64,000 bases of DNA. Source: an uncultured cyanobacterium (GTDB lineage Bacteria > Cyanobacteriota > Cyanobacteriia > CAKZMO01). The stretch spans positions 64,001 through 128,000 of the forward strand of contig CAVRCJ010000017.1 in NCBI GenBank assembly GCA_963719515.1. The letters are read 5' to 3'. The stretch's first letter is position 1, and each line of letters begins with the position of its first letter. This document shows positions 31,683 to 42,880 of this stretch, one piece after another. A model generated the notes under the pieces. The model made no database searches. It was not told the DNA's origin and worked only from the letters and a program-made list of their open reading frames with translations. The translations under genes were made by a program, and so were the position numbers.

Positions 31683-32438
31683 ATGACGGCAAAGCAGGCG
31701 GCTTTATTAAATCTACCAGCGGATTTGAAGCGAGAGCGCTTACCGAAGCATGTGGCCGTCATCATGGACGGTAATGGGCGGTGGGCGAGCCGTCGAGGGA
31801 TGCCCCGCAGTATGGGACATCGCCGAGGCGTAGATACGCTCAAGGAGATGCTGCGCTGCTGCCACGACTGGGGTATCGACGCGCTAACGGCCTATTCCTT
31901 TTCAACCGAGAACTGGAGCCGCCCTTTAGAGGAGGTTGAGTTCTTGATGGCCCTATTCGAGCGGGTACTCCGTCAGGAACTAGCAGAGCTTGTGCAGGAA
32001 AACGTCAAGATTCGATTTGCCGGCAATCTAGACGAGCTGCCGCCTTCACTGCGCCTTGAGATTGAGCAGTCTATGGTGGCGACCCAAGACAACAAGGGCA
32101 TTCAGTTCACAATCGCCAAAAATTACGGTGGGCGTCAAGAAATCGTCCAGGCTTGTCGAGCCGTTGCGCGCCAGGTGGCTCAGGGGAAGATGTCCCCAGA
32201 AGATATCGATGAGGCGACTTTTGAACAGCATCTCTATACGGCGGGCACTCGCCACCCCGATCTGCTGATTCGCACCAGCGGCGAGATGCGCCTCAGCAAT
32301 TTTCTTTTATGGCAGACCGCCTACGCCGAGCTGTATATCACCGACACCCTATGGCCAGACTTTAACCGAACGGAGTTTCACCAGGCATTGCGGGACTATC
32401 AAAAGCGCGATCGCCGCTTTGGCGGCGTCAAAGCCTAG
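31683..32438 (+). CDS. uppS: Undecaprenyl diphosphate synthase (cis-isoprenyl transferase)
   Basis: [22 protein letters not shown] and [16 protein letters not shown]. Confidence 0.95.
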   Translation: MTAKQAALLNLPADLKRERLPKHVAVIMDGNGRWASRRGMPRSMGHRRGVDTLKEMLRCCHDWGIDALTAYSFSTENWSRPLEEVEFLMALFERVLRQELAELVQENVKIRFAGNLDELPPSLRLEIEQSMVATQDNKGIQFTIAKNYGGRQEIVQACRAVARQVAQGKMSPEDIDEATFEQHLYTAGTRHPDLLIRTSGEMRLSNFLLWQTAYAELYITDTLWPDFNRTEFHQALRDYQKRDRRFGGVKA

Positions 32439-32583
32439 CCGGCACTCCCTCTCCCGAAAGAATCCCAAATAGGCGGCCCTGCTGTAGAGTACAGACTGTT
32501 AAAACTAAGCTGGGGAAGTGAATTTCCTTTCATTTGAAAGGCTCCATTTCCCAACTGCAAACGCCAAACGGGACTTTTTAGGG

Positions 32584-33549
32584 ATGGAAACGCGACTTCT
32601 TGGTTCGTCAGACGTCACAGTGACGCCCATCATTTTGGGCACCTGGCAGGCTGGAAAGACCCATTGGGTAGGCATTGAAGACAGCGAAACCACAAAGGCT
32701 ATCCGGACGGCATTTGACGCCGGCATCACGACATTCGATACGGCGGAGGTCTACGGTAGCGGTCACTCTGAGGAGATTGTAGGGCAGGCGCTCGCCCCCA
32801 TTCGCGACCAAGTCGTGATTGCAACCAAAGTTTTTCCCAATCATCTGCAATACCCAGAGGTGATCCGCGCCTGCGAGAATTCCCTCAAGCGCCTGCAGAC
32901 GGACTACATCGACCTCTATCAAATTCACTGGCCCGCTGGTCGCTTCAATAGCGAAGCGGTGCCCATTGAAGAGACCATGCGGGCCCTCGACGCCCTGAAA
33001 ACCGCGGGGCAGGTTCGCGCGATTGGGGTATCGAACTTCTCAGAGGAGCAGATTGCCGAGGCGGCGCAGTATGGCCTGATCGACAGCCTGCAGCCTCCCT
33101 ACTCGCTGTTCTGGCGGCAGGTGGAGGAAGATGCCATGCCCTATTGCGTCGAGCACAACATCGCTATTCTGGCTTACTCCTCCCTGGCTCAAGGGCTATT
33201 GACGGGTAAGTTTGGCCCCGACCACCAGTTTGAAGAGGGAGACATTCGCCGTAAGAACAAGCTGTTTAAGGGGGAGGTCTACCAGCGGGCCCAAGCCGCC
33301 TTAGACGAGCTTCGCCCCATCGCCGATCGCTACGGCTGCTCTCTAGCCCAGCTGGCGATCGCTTGGCTGATTCGGCAGCCGCAGACTAGCGCCATTGTCG
33401 GGGCTCGTAACGCCGAGCAGGCTGTCCAAAATGCTCAGGCCGCTGAAGTCTCGCTCTCAGACGAAGACGTCAGCGCTATCGACCGCATTGGCCAGCAGGT
33501 TACCGGCCTCTTGGACCCTGACCCAGTAATGTGGGATTTCGCGGCCTAG
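32584..33549 (+). CDS. Aldo/keto reductase
   Basis: FDTAEVYG, IATK, YIDLYQIHWP and IGVSNF. Confidence 0.9.
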   Translation: METRLLGSSDVTVTPIILGTWQAGKTHWVGIEDSETTKAIRTAFDAGITTFDTAEVYGSGHSEEIVGQALAPIRDQVVIATKVFPNHLQYPEVIRACENSLKRLQTDYIDLYQIHWPAGRFNSEAVPIEETMRALDALKTAGQVRAIGVSNFSEEQIAEAAQYGLIDSLQPPYSLFWRQVEEDAMPYCVEHNIAILAYSSLAQGLLTGKFGPDHQFEEGDIRRKNKLFKGEVYQRAQAALDELRPIADRYGCSLAQLAIAWLIRQPQTSAIVGARNAEQAVQNAQAAEVSLSDEDVSAIDRIGQQVTGLLDPDPVMWDFAA

Positions 33550-33766
33550 TCACGCTTCAGCGCTGCTTCTCGGCGGCAAACCCCACAGCAGCATTACGGT
33601 TCGCCCCCCTGCACGTCACTGGGGCCCTGCCTAAACTAAGAACATAAGGATTATGCAGTAGCGGCTCGCGATTCAAGCGATCGCTTCACTAAAAGCCGGT
33701 CTTAAACCCGTTTTGGTTGAGACCGTTGACCGTAAGGGCCAGCCAGGTCAAACCGTCCAGTCTGTG

Positions 33767-33782
33767 GTTCGGTAACCCCTCC
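33767..33782 (+). promoter_or_regulatory. K-box-like element upstream of dnaK
   Basis: GTTCGG-TAAC-CC matches most of the cyanobacterial K-box (GTTCGG-NNAN-CCNNAC) described for groESL1/dnaK2. Confidence 0.5.
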
Positions 33783-33910
33783 TTCAATAGATAGAGCTGC
33801 AAACGCAGTATAGAGGGAGGTCTCCCCAGCTGGGAGAGGTGCAAAGCCCGTGAGTTATTGGTTGCTAAGTCCAAATTTGATTAATCGCAGTAGACCGGAG
33901 TATTGATTGT

Positions 33911-35830
33911 ATGGCAAAAGTTGTTGGCATTGACCTAGGAACAACCAATTCCTGCGTGGCCGTGATGGAAGGCGGTAAGCCGACTGTAATCGCTAACGCA
34001 GAAGGATTTCGCACGACCCCCTCTGTTGTCGCCTACACAAAGAATGGCGATCGCTTAGTAGGGCAGATTGCGAAGCGTCAGGCCGTCATGAACCCTGAGA
34101 ACACTTTCTACTCAGTGAAGCGGTTTATTGGTCGTCGCTTTGACGAAGTTTCCAACGAGATGTCCGAGGTGACCTACCAGGTCAAAAACGTTAGCGGAAA
34201 CGTCAAAATTGAAAGTTCAGCCAAAGGTACAGAGTTTGCGCCAGAGCAAATTTCTGCTGAGGTGCTGAGAAAGCTCAAAGAAGACGCCAGTAAGTACCTG
34301 GGAGAGGACGTAACCCAAGCGGTAATTACCGTTCCGGCTTATTTCAACGACTCTCAGCGTCAGGCCACTAAAGATGCAGGAAAGATTGCGGGTCTTGACG
34401 TCCTGCGGATCATCAACGAGCCCACGGCAGCCTCGCTGGCCTACGGCCTCGATAAAAAGAGCAACGAGACCGTGCTGGTATTTGACCTAGGCGGCGGTAC
34501 CTTCGACGTTTCCATCCTTGAGGTGGGCGACGGCGTCTTTGAGGTTCTCTCTACTTCAGGCGACACGCACCTAGGGGGTGACGACTTTGACAAGAAAATC
34601 GTTGACTTCTTGGCTGCAGAGTTTCAAAGCAACGAAGGCATCGACCTGAGGAAGGACAAGCAGGCCCTACAGCGGCTAACGGAAGCGGCTGAGAAGGCAA
34701 AAATCGAGCTGTCCAGCGTGACTCAGACCGAAATCAACCTGCCTTTTATCACCGCGACTCAAGACGGTCCTAAGCACCTCGACATGACGCTGACCCGCGC
34801 CAAGTTTGAGGAACTTGCCTCTGACCTGATCGATCGCTGCGGCATCCCCGTTGAGAATGCTCTGCGCGACGCCAAGTTGAGCAAGAGCGATATCGACGAA
34901 GTGGTCATGGTGGGGGGTTCCACACGCATTCCTGCAGTCCAGGGTCTCGTCAAGAAGATTCTAGACAAAGACCCCAACCAGTCGGTCAACCCAGACGAGG
35001 TTGTGGCCGTAGGTGCCGCCATTCAGGCCGGTGTGCTGGCGGGCGAGGTCAAAGACATTCTTCTGCTAGATGTGACCCCCCTGTCTCTTGGGGTGGAAAC
35101 TCTAGGCGGCGTCATGACCAAGATCATCCCGCGCAACACCACCATTCCCACCAAGAAGTCTGAGGTCTTCTCCACCGCAGCCGATGGCCAGACTAACGTC
35201 GAGATTCACGTCCTACAGGGCGAGCGCGAGATGTCGTCTGACAACAAGAGCTTGGGAACCTTCCGTCTAGACGGGATTCCTGCTGCGCCTCGAGGCGTGC
35301 CTCAAATTGAGGTAACCTTCGACATTGATGCCAACGGTATTCTCAACGTTCGTGCGTCTGACAAAGGCACCGGCAAAGAGCAGTCCATCAGCATCACAGG
35401 CGCATCCACCCTGCCACAGGATGAAGTGGAGCGTATGGTGAAGGACGCGGAGTCGAACGCATCAGCTGACCAAGAGCGGCGTGAGCGGATCGACCTCAGA
35501 AACCAGGCTGATTCTCTGGCTTACCAGACCGAGAAGCAGATGAGCGAGCTGGGTGACAAGGTTCCGGCAGACGATAAGACCAAGCTGGAGGGCATGATCA
35601 AAGACCTCCGTGAAGCGGTTGCCAGCGAAAACTACGACCAGATCAAGGCGCTGACCACGGAGCTTCAGCAGGCGTTCTACAGCGTCAGCAGCAGCCTGTA
35701 TCAGCAAAGCGCGGCGAGCGAAGCGGGTGAGCCTGATGCGCCTAGCGCAGAGGCCACTGATGCGGATGCTGGTTCCTCTGAAGGGGGAGACGAGGTGATT
35801 GACGCTGAGTTCTCTGAGACCGATAAGTAA
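33911..35830 (+). CDS. dnaK: Chaperone DnaK (DnaK2 type)
   Basis: [17 protein letters not shown] and C-terminal VIDAEFSE. Confidence 0.98.
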   Translation: MAKVVGIDLGTTNSCVAVMEGGKPTVIANAEGFRTTPSVVAYTKNGDRLVGQIAKRQAVMNPENTFYSVKRFIGRRFDEVSNEMSEVTYQVKNVSGNVKIESSAKGTEFAPEQISAEVLRKLKEDASKYLGEDVTQAVITVPAYFNDSQRQATKDAGKIAGLDVLRIINEPTAASLAYGLDKKSNETVLVFDLGGGTFDVSILEVGDGVFEVLSTSGDTHLGGDDFDKKIVDFLAAEFQSNEGIDLRKDKQALQRLTEAAEKAKIELSSVTQTEINLPFITATQDGPKHLDMTLTRAKFEELASDLIDRCGIPVENALRDAKLSKSDIDEVVMVGGSTRIPAVQGLVKKILDKDPNQSVNPDEVVAVGAAIQAGVLAGEVKDILLLDVTPLSLGVETLGGVMTKIIPRNTTIPTKKSEVFSTAADGQTNVEIHVLQGEREMSSDNKSLGTFRLDGIPAAPRGVPQIEVTFDIDANGILNVRASDKGTGKEQSISITGASTLPQDEVERMVKDAESNASADQERRERIDLRNQADSLAYQTEKQMSELGDKVPADDKTKLEGMIKDLREAVASENYDQIKALTTELQQAFYSVSSSLYQQSAASEAGEPDAPSAEATDADAGSSEGGDEVIDAEFSETDK

Positions 35831-35915
35831 GCTCTGCTAGAAAGAGGCTGGCTCTACGGGGGCATACGAAGTTATGCCTCTGTGGATGAGCAAATGTTTG
35901 ACAAGTGATCTAGAG

Positions 35916-35942
35916 GAAGGGGCGCAGTGCCCCTTTTTTCTT
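35916..35942 (+). terminator. Intrinsic terminator after dnaK
   Basis: AAGGGGCGC-A-GTGCCCTT hairpin (with G-U pairs) followed by a T run. Confidence 0.6.
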
Positions 35943-35957
35943 GGGAATTTTTGTTGG

Positions 35958-36365
35958 CTAGACTAAGCGCTGCCTGAGATTGGCCGAAACCATATCGATG
36001 ATGGCAACGGTCACGCTCAGGATAATCATGATGGTGCAGACTTCTTGGTACTCAAAAGCGCGAAAGTTCTGGTAGAGGGAAACGCCGATGCCCCCAGCGC
36101 CGACAATCCCTAAGACTGCGGCGGAGCGAACGTTTGATTCAAACCGATAGAGAGTGAACGAGGTCCACAGAGGGACAACTTGAGGGATTACGCCAAAGGC
36201 AATTTCCTGCACCTTGCTGGCTCCCGTCGCCCGGATGCCCTCCACCGGGCCAACTTCGATGGCCTCAATGGCTTCCGAAAAAAGCTTTGCCAGAATGCCT
36301 GCTGTATGAACAAACAGCGCTAACACTCCGGCAAATGGTCCAAGTCCGACGGCCACAACAAAAAT
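35958..36365 (-). pseudogene. phnE: C-terminal fragment of phosphonate ABC permease PhnE
   Basis: [21 protein letters not shown] (EAA loop) and [22 protein letters not shown]. The N-terminal half and phnC/phnD are absent. Confidence 0.8.
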
Positions 36366-36413
36366 TGGGCAGTCCTAGAGAGACCTCGTTGGGGCGACGT
36401 TTCTGCTACGGGC

Positions 36414-37499
36414 CTACCGCTTGCTCAATTCTTTCTCAGAGGCGATCGCCCTTTGAGTTCTTAGGTCCTTGGCAGTCGCGACGCTAGCCGGGGCTGCCAA
36501 GGGCTCCCGAGATACCCTGCCTTTAACTGCGTTTAAGAAACGATGCATCAGCGCCTTCAAGTTGGGCCTAGCAAACGCAAACGGCAGGGTCGTGAGCGAT
36601 GGGTGCCCTCGCATCAGCCGGTACCAGGTCGCCCATCGCTGAGGCACGTCAAGCCAAGTGGCGTTTCCTCCCAGCTCAGACCGAAACCGCTGCGACGCAC
36701 AGGCGTAGGGAGAGAGAGATTGGTATATCTGATGGGCAGCCTCAGGCAACCAAGGTTTACGCCCTATAGCGTGGATCAAAGGTGGGACTCCCCACCAGAG
36801 GCTCATTAGCCGCTGAAGGGGGCCGTAGTGACTTGGCGTGGGACATTGAGCGATGTCTCGCCCCATTTTGAGTAAATGGATCGGAATCGCTCGGTACGTT
36901 TTAGACCCCAACATGGCGTGAAGCACCGCGTCGCTGCCAAGCATATGGGTGGGACGCTGCTTGCGCGGCTGAGTTTGACAGTGGCGATAGTCTGGACTGT
37001 CAAGCAGGGCTTTCCAGTGGTGCAAAAAGCTTCGGTGGGACGGCGTCACCCGGAAGCAGCAGGCTGAAGGATTTACGGGAAACTTGCGGCCTAGCTCAAA
37101 CCCCCAGGGCGTTACACAAGAAGCGGTTTGGAACGTCCGGGAGATTTCGGCTGCGACCATGACTTCAGCCGGCTGGTTGAGCAGCAGTTGAGGCAAAGGA
37201 TGGGTCAAAATAATGTCGTCGTCGAGCCAGATGGCCTGCTGATAGCCCCGCTCAAGCGCCCAAAGTAGGGCATCTGGTTTGACGTTAAATCCAGAAGAAT
37301 TTCCAGGAGACCAGTAGTGGCCGTTGACAGGGCGATCGCTTATCCACTGGCGAAAGTCGGGGGTGGCGTTGGGGGCAAAGATGTGGACGTCTACGTCAGA
37401 GGCGTAGACCAAGAGACTAGTGGTCAGGAGCTTGAGTCCAACCTCATAGCGCGGCCTGTCCTCATAGATGACGAGGGCCGTTGAGCGATCTTTGAGCAT
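36414..37499 (-). CDS. Putative glycosyltransferase (GT-A-like)
   Basis: KPDALL, IWLDDDIIL (DxD-like) and IHAIGRKPW. Family not identifiable by eye. Confidence 0.5.
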   Translation of the reverse strand: MLKDRSTALVIYEDRPRYEVGLKLLTTSLLVYASDVDVHIFAPNATPDFRQWISDRPVNGHYWSPGNSSGFNVKPDALLWALERGYQQAIWLDDDIILTHPLPQLLLNQPAEVMVAAEISRTFQTASCVTPWGFELGRKFPVNPSACCFRVTPSHRSFLHHWKALLDSPDYRHCQTQPRKQRPTHMLGSDAVLHAMLGSKTYRAIPIHLLKMGRDIAQCPTPSHYGPLQRLMSLWWGVPPLIHAIGRKPWLPEAAHQIYQSLSPYACASQRFRSELGGNATWLDVPQRWATWYRLMRGHPSLTTLPFAFARPNLKALMHRFLNAVKGRVSREPLAAPASVATAKDLRTQRAIASEKELSKR

Positions 37500-37914
37500 G
37501 ATAGTAGTCTCTATCCGATAGGTAAATGCTGGCCACCCGACAGTGCTAACCGTCTTGTTGTCGACGCGCCGCCTAATCTCACCTAAGTTGGTTCGATTGA
37601 GCACAGTCATTCGCTGATCTGCGAGAATGCTGGTTTGCAAGAATACTTATCAAAAGTGCTCGCGCACAGCTTAACTCGGACGCCGCTGGTCTCTACGAGG
37701 GAATTTACTGGGATTATGTTCCCGAATTGCTCTTAATTGTGGTGTTTTTTTTAATATGCTCAAGACCAGGATAATCGCGTCCCTTTCGCCGTATCTCTCT
37801 CCGGGGTATTAGAATCAGATATGAATTGGGGTCTACGCCGCTGAAACCCTCAGTTGATGAGGGAACATCAGCGAGATGACTCTGAAGCAAGTTAAGGATT
37901 GAGGGCGAGTTCCT

Positions 37915-39642
37915 ATGGCGCTACCGGAAGGCGATGAGCAGCAGTCAGACCGCTCAACGTCAGGTCAGACCTCTGACTCGACAGCGGAGCTGAGTCAAAT
38001 TCGTGAAAACCTGAACGCGTTTCAGCGCGACATCGTGTCTCAGCTCACGGAGGATGTAGGCCGCCTGCAGCAGGAGAAGACGGAACTGGTGCAGACCAAC
38101 CGTCAGCTCCGCGATCAGCAGCAGGATCTACAAAAGCAGCAGCAGCTTACCTCTCAACAGCAGCTTGCCCAGCAGCAGCAGTGGGCAAAGCAGTTTGCCC
38201 AAGCCTTAGCCAATCGACTCTATGCCCTGCTCGTTCAAAAAATGGAGGCCAATCAGCTAGGCCAGAGTGATCTACCTTCAGACCCCGCCCAGGCCATTGC
38301 CTCCAAAAACCGGGAGCTCTCTCCAGACAGGCTGCAGAACGTCATTCAGGAGCTAAACCGGCACGAAGGCTCTGTGGCGGAGCGCCTGAAACGCTTACAG
38401 CAGATGGAGCAGCGCGGAGAGGCCTTGCTAGATGCCCTTGCTCGCCGAGCTGACCTGCAGCCCCCCGCAGTCGAATCCTCTGGGCAATCTACTTTATCGC
38501 TGCAAAAGGCGGACGACTCCGACCAGTCGTCTGCAGCGTTGCCCAATCTATCGACGACTGGAGCGACCTCCCAGAGCGCTGTGCCCTCTCAGGTCTCCGC
38601 CCCTCCCCCGCAGCCCGCCCCGCCAGCCGGCCAAGGGCGATCGCCTTTCCAGGTCGGCCTACTGCTGATCTTGCTTTCCACGGTGGCGCTTTCGCTCCAC
38701 AACGTCATCGTTGGCATCATTGGCGCGCCCAGCCGCGTGTTTAATATTTGGCAAGTGGGGGGCTTTATCGAGCTCAAGAGCCTGGATAGCTCTCTGCTGC
38801 TGCTGTGGCTACGGATGATCATCGTTATGCCCCTGATGGCGGCTGTGGCAAGCTTTATCTATCCAGCGGCCTGGCGCGACATTCGCTCGTTTGCCTCCTC
38901 CCGCGATCGTAGGCTGCTGAGAAACGTCTGCGGCAGTGGGGTGTTCTTGTTTTTGTCCCAGGTGCTGATTTATATCTCCATTGGGCAAATTGGTCCCGGT
39001 ATTGCGGTAACTATTCTATTCATGTACCCAATCATTACGGTACCGCTAGCCTGGCTGCTGTTTGGCGATCGCCCGACAATTGTGCGAATAGGGGTGATGA
39101 TAGCAATTTCCATCGGCATTGTTTTGGCCGCTCTGCCCAATCTGACCGCCGCCGGAAGCGTCTCGTTTCTTGGGGTGAGTACGGCGGTGCTGGCAGGCGT
39201 TGCCTTTGCCTTTTATCTGATCTCGATGCAGCTTAGCTTTCGTCGCCTCCACCCGGTCCCCGTGAGCATCGTTCAGTTTTTTACAATTTTCCTGCTGACC
39301 AATCTCATCTTGCTGTTTCGCCCCGTGCAAATCGAGCCCTTTAACCCCTTGGGGCTTGTGGTGGGGGGCTTTGTTCTAGGTACGTTGACGCTGCTAGGCT
39401 ATCTGCTCAACAACTTTGGCGTGCGCATGATGGGAGCAGCCCGGGCGTCCATTGTGGCGTCAAGTGGTCCTGTACTCACGGCGCTGCTGGCGTTCGTGGT
39501 CACGCCGGGGTCGCGGACGGTGCTCAACGGCATTCAGATCCTTGGTATCTTGATTGTGACCTTAGGCGTCACAGCGTTAGCGTTTGAGCGCCTGCTGTCG
39601 CAGCAGGCCAAACGCCGACAGAGAGCGGCTGCTCAACAATAA
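37915..39642 (+). CDS. sepJ: SepJ/FraG-like protein: coiled coil, Pro/Ser linker and EamA/DMT permease
   Basis: N-terminal Q-rich coiled coil (LQQQQLAQQQQWAKQFAQALA), P/S-rich linker and a ~10-TM DMT domain (GLLLILLSTVALSLHNV). Confidence 0.7.
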   Translation: MALPEGDEQQSDRSTSGQTSDSTAELSQIRENLNAFQRDIVSQLTEDVGRLQQEKTELVQTNRQLRDQQQDLQKQQQLTSQQQLAQQQQWAKQFAQALANRLYALLVQKMEANQLGQSDLPSDPAQAIASKNRELSPDRLQNVIQELNRHEGSVAERLKRLQQMEQRGEALLDALARRADLQPPAVESSGQSTLSLQKADDSDQSSAALPNLSTTGATSQSAVPSQVSAPPPQPAPPAGQGRSPFQVGLLLILLSTVALSLHNVIVGIIGAPSRVFNIWQVGGFIELKSLDSSLLLLWLRMIIVMPLMAAVASFIYPAAWRDIRSFASSRDRRLLRNVCGSGVFLFLSQVLIYISIGQIGPGIAVTILFMYPIITVPLAWLLFGDRPTIVRIGVMIAISIGIVLAALPNLTAAGSVSFLGVSTAVLAGVAFAFYLISMQLSFRRLHPVPVSIVQFFTIFLLTNLILLFRPVQIEPFNPLGLVVGGFVLGTLTLLGYLLNNFGVRMMGAARASIVASSGPVLTALLAFVVTPGSRTVLNGIQILGILIVTLGVTALAFERLLSQQAKRRQRAAAQQ

Positions 39643-39652
39643 TATAGGAGTA

Positions 39653-40453
39653 ATGCATACCTTTATCCCCCCCCAGCGCTTTTTTCCCTACCTCACTTGG
39701 ACAGACATTGAGGCCATGGACGACAAGGCCAACACCGTCATCGTTCAACCTATGGGCGCAATCGAGCAGCATGGCCCCCACCTGCCGCTGATTGTCGATG
39801 CGGCGATCGCCACCGCAGTCATTGGCCAAGCCTTAGAGAAGCTAGAGCCCGAGGTGCCGGTGTACGTTCTCCCCACGCTGCACTACGGCAAGTCCAACGA
39901 GCATTGGGGCTTTCCCGGCACCATTACCCTCAGCGCAGCGACCTTAGGCGCAACCCTCACTGAAGTAGCCCAGAGCCTCTACCGAGCCGGATTTCGCAAA
40001 CTAGTTTTGCTCAACGGCCACGGCGGCCAGCCCCAGGTTCTCGAAATCGTGGCCCGAGACCTGCACCAAAAACACGCAGATTTTCTCCTGTTTCCTCTAT
40101 TTGTGTGGAACGCCCCCCATGCGGCAGCAGAGTTGCTCACGCCCAAAGAGAGGGCCTTGGGCATTCATGCGGGGGACGCTGAAACCAGCGTCTTGCTCTC
40201 TCTGCTGCCTGACCAAGTGCATATGGACCGGGCCGTGACGGAGTATCCCCCCCTGCAGGAAGATGGCCTGCTGAGCATGGAGGGTAAGCTGCCCTTCGCC
40301 TGGACCACCCGCGACCTCAGCCGCAGCGGGGTAGTGGGTGATGCCACTGCGGCCACCCGTGAGAAGGGCGATCGCATCTTGAATTCGGTGTCGGATGGCT
40401 GGGTCAAAGTGCTGCGAGAACTGTACAGATTTCAGCAGCCTGAGCCAGATTAA
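39653..40453 (+). CDS. Creatininase-family protein
   Basis: GAIEQHGPHLPL, SNEH..FPGT, NGHGG and HAGDAETS. Confidence 0.9.
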   Translation: MHTFIPPQRFFPYLTWTDIEAMDDKANTVIVQPMGAIEQHGPHLPLIVDAAIATAVIGQALEKLEPEVPVYVLPTLHYGKSNEHWGFPGTITLSAATLGATLTEVAQSLYRAGFRKLVLLNGHGGQPQVLEIVARDLHQKHADFLLFPLFVWNAPHAAAELLTPKERALGIHAGDAETSVLLSLLPDQVHMDRAVTEYPPLQEDGLLSMEGKLPFAWTTRDLSRSGVVGDATAATREKGDRILNSVSDGWVKVLRELYRFQQPEPD

Positions 40454-40540
40454 TCCCGCTCCCAACGGTTATTTAGGCTTCTCTCAGATTGGTCGCTTAA
40501 GGTTAGCTTTAGTTGTCAAGCCTGCTGAGAAAATACCCCG

Positions 40541-42763
40541 ATGGTTGCACCGATGGCTCGCGATGGATCTTTTCGGCCTCAGCTCACGACCTTCATCTTG
40601 CTTGGGATAGCGGCGTTTGTCAGCGCAGTTACCGTTGCCTGGTTTGCAGGGAACGGCGCTATCACCCAATCGTTTGAGCAGCTTCAAGTCGTTCAGGCTC
40701 ATCCCCCCGAATGGATTATGGCTCCGGCGAGCTTGGGGAAGTCTTCCCTCTTTTGGGTTGTCGCCCCCGTAGGACTCGTGCTGGCAATCATGCACCGCTT
40801 TCCCCGGCCCACTGCCGGGTCGCGGCTGGTCATCGTCGGCATTGTGGCCACCCTCACAGTTCGCTACCTGATGTGGCGATCGCTCTCCACCCTCAACCTC
40901 AGCACGCCCCTCAACGGCGTTTTTAGTCTGGGGCTATTTTCCCTGGAGCTCTTGGCCTTAGGGACCGGCATGATTCATTTACTGCTGCTGCTGCGGATTC
41001 GAGACCGACGACCGCAGGCAGACCGGCTTGCTCCAGATGTGCTGGAGGGTCGCTTTTGCCCCACTGTGGATGTTCTAATTCCCACCTACAACGAGCCCGA
41101 ATTTATCTTGAGGCGCACGGTAATTGGCTGTCAGGCTTTGAGCTATAGCCGCAAAACTATCTACCTACTCGACGACACCCGTCGCCTTTGGGTGAAGGAA
41201 ATGGCCGAGGAGCTGGGCTGCGAGTATCGTACCCGCCCTGATAACCGCCACGCCAAAGCCGGAAACCTCAACTACACCATTCCTAGAACCAGCGGGGAAC
41301 TGCTCGTCGTGTTCGATGCGGACTTCATCCCCACGCAGGACTTCCTCACCCGCACCGTCGGATTTTTCCAGGACCACAAGGTGGCCTTAGTGCAGACCCC
41401 TCAGTCTTTCTACAACCCCGACCCCATCGCCCGCAATCTAGGCTTAGAAGACGTGCTGACGCCGGATGAAGAGGCCTTTTACCGGCAGATTCAATGCGTG
41501 CGGGATGGGGCGGGCAGCGTGGTTTGTGCCGGAACCTCTTTTATCGTACGGCGCACAGCGTTAGCGTCAGTAGGGGGCTTTGTTACAGAGGCGGTAAGCG
41601 AAGACTTTTTTACCGGCATTCGTCTGGCGGCCAAGGGCTACCGGCTGATCTACCTAAACGAAAAGCTGAGCGCGGGACTGGCCGCTGAAGACATCGCTTC
41701 CTTTGCGGTGCAGCGCATCCGCTGGGCCCAGGGAACGCTGCAGGCGTTTTTCATCAGCGCTAACCCACTCACTATCCCAGGGCTAAAGCCGATACAGCGG
41801 CTGGGCTACTTTGAGGGTCTGCTGCACTGGTTTAACAACATCGCCCGGGTGTGGTTCTTGCTTATGCCCCTGGCCTACTCCTTTTTGGGAGTAGTGCCCT
41901 TGCAGACTACCGGCGCAGAGCTGCTGTACTTTTTGGTGCCCTACTACCTGGTGCAGCTGATGACCTTTTCCTGGCTCAACTACCGCTCCCGTTCGGCCAT
42001 ACTCTCCGATATCTACGCCCTAGTGCTCGCCTTTCCTCTGGCCCTGACGGTAATTCGCGTTATGCTGCACCCCTTTAAAGGCGGGTTTAAGGTGACGCCC
42101 AAAGGCAACGCTAGCGATCGCTATCGGTTCAACTGGCAGCTTGGCTGGCCTCTGATAGCTGTGTTTGTGCTCACCGTAACTAGCCTATGGTTCAGCCTCA
42201 CCCACGCCCCTCTTTTAAGCAGTTCTCAGGGGAGCTTAGATGGTGAAGGTATGCGCATCATTGGGTTTTGGAGCGTCTATAACCTGATTATGATCGGCGT
42301 TGCCCTATTGATACTCATAGATGTTCCGCGCCCTGACGTTTACGAGTGGTTTTCACTCTCTTGCACTGCGCTGCTCACCTTGGACGGCAAACCCTGTCGG
42401 GGTGTTAGCACGATGCTCTCTGAGCATGGAGGAGAGTTTGTGTTGACAGCGGCACCTGAGGCAGTCTCAAACGATGCCGTAGCTCAGATTGAGCTCGTAG
42501 AGGAGGGCCTCCAGCTGTCGGGCCGGGTGACTCGGACCAGGCGTCAAGGGCTGCTCAGGATCCGCGTTGCGTTTGATCCGCTGCCGCTGCCCCAAGAGCG
42601 CCGGCTCGTGAAGCTGCTGTTTTGCCGGCCTGGGCAATGGCGCAGTCGCCGCACCCCCAGCGAGCTGCACTCCCTCTGGCTAATTCTGAAGACGCTTATG
42701 CGGCCACAGGTGCTGTTCAACCGTAACGTAGACGTTCGTCCAGTAAGCGTAGCGAAGCAGTAA
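40541..42763 (+). CDS. Cellulose-synthase-like processive GT2 with a C-terminal PilZ-like domain
   Basis: IPTYNE, HAKAGNLN, FDADF, QTPQ, SED and QRIRW (D,D,D,QxxRW), with multiple TM helices. Confidence 0.85.
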   Translation: MVAPMARDGSFRPQLTTFILLGIAAFVSAVTVAWFAGNGAITQSFEQLQVVQAHPPEWIMAPASLGKSSLFWVVAPVGLVLAIMHRFPRPTAGSRLVIVGIVATLTVRYLMWRSLSTLNLSTPLNGVFSLGLFSLELLALGTGMIHLLLLLRIRDRRPQADRLAPDVLEGRFCPTVDVLIPTYNEPEFILRRTVIGCQALSYSRKTIYLLDDTRRLWVKEMAEELGCEYRTRPDNRHAKAGNLNYTIPRTSGELLVVFDADFIPTQDFLTRTVGFFQDHKVALVQTPQSFYNPDPIARNLGLEDVLTPDEEAFYRQIQCVRDGAGSVVCAGTSFIVRRTALASVGGFVTEAVSEDFFTGIRLAAKGYRLIYLNEKLSAGLAAEDIASFAVQRIRWAQGTLQAFFISANPLTIPGLKPIQRLGYFEGLLHWFNNIARVWFLLMPLAYSFLGVVPLQTTGAELLYFLVPYYLVQLMTFSWLNYRSRSAILSDIYALVLAFPLALTVIRVMLHPFKGGFKVTPKGNASDRYRFNWQLGWPLIAVFVLTVTSLWFSLTHAPLLSSSQGSLDGEGMRIIGFWSVYNLIMIGVALLILIDVPRPDVYEWFSLSCTALLTLDGKPCRGVSTMLSEHGGEFVLTAAPEAVSNDAVAQIELVEEGLQLSGRVTRTRRQGLLRIRVAFDPLPLPQERRLVKLLFCRPGQWRSRRTPSELHSLWLILKTLMRPQVLFNRNVDVRPVSVAKQ

Positions 42764-42807
42764 ACCAGAGCGTGTAGCGAAGTAGTAAACCAGAGCGTGT
42801 AGCGAAG
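42748..42807 (+). repeat. 25-bp tandem repeat (~2.4 copies) across the GT2 stop codon
   Basis: GTAGCGAAG(C/T)AGTAAACCAGAGCGT repeated. Confidence 0.8.
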
Positions 42808-42880
42808 CCGTAGGTCAAGGTATGTGGCAAAGCCTAGAGCGATCGCCCTATCGCTAGGCGTTCTAGATTTGGCGCAGAGA

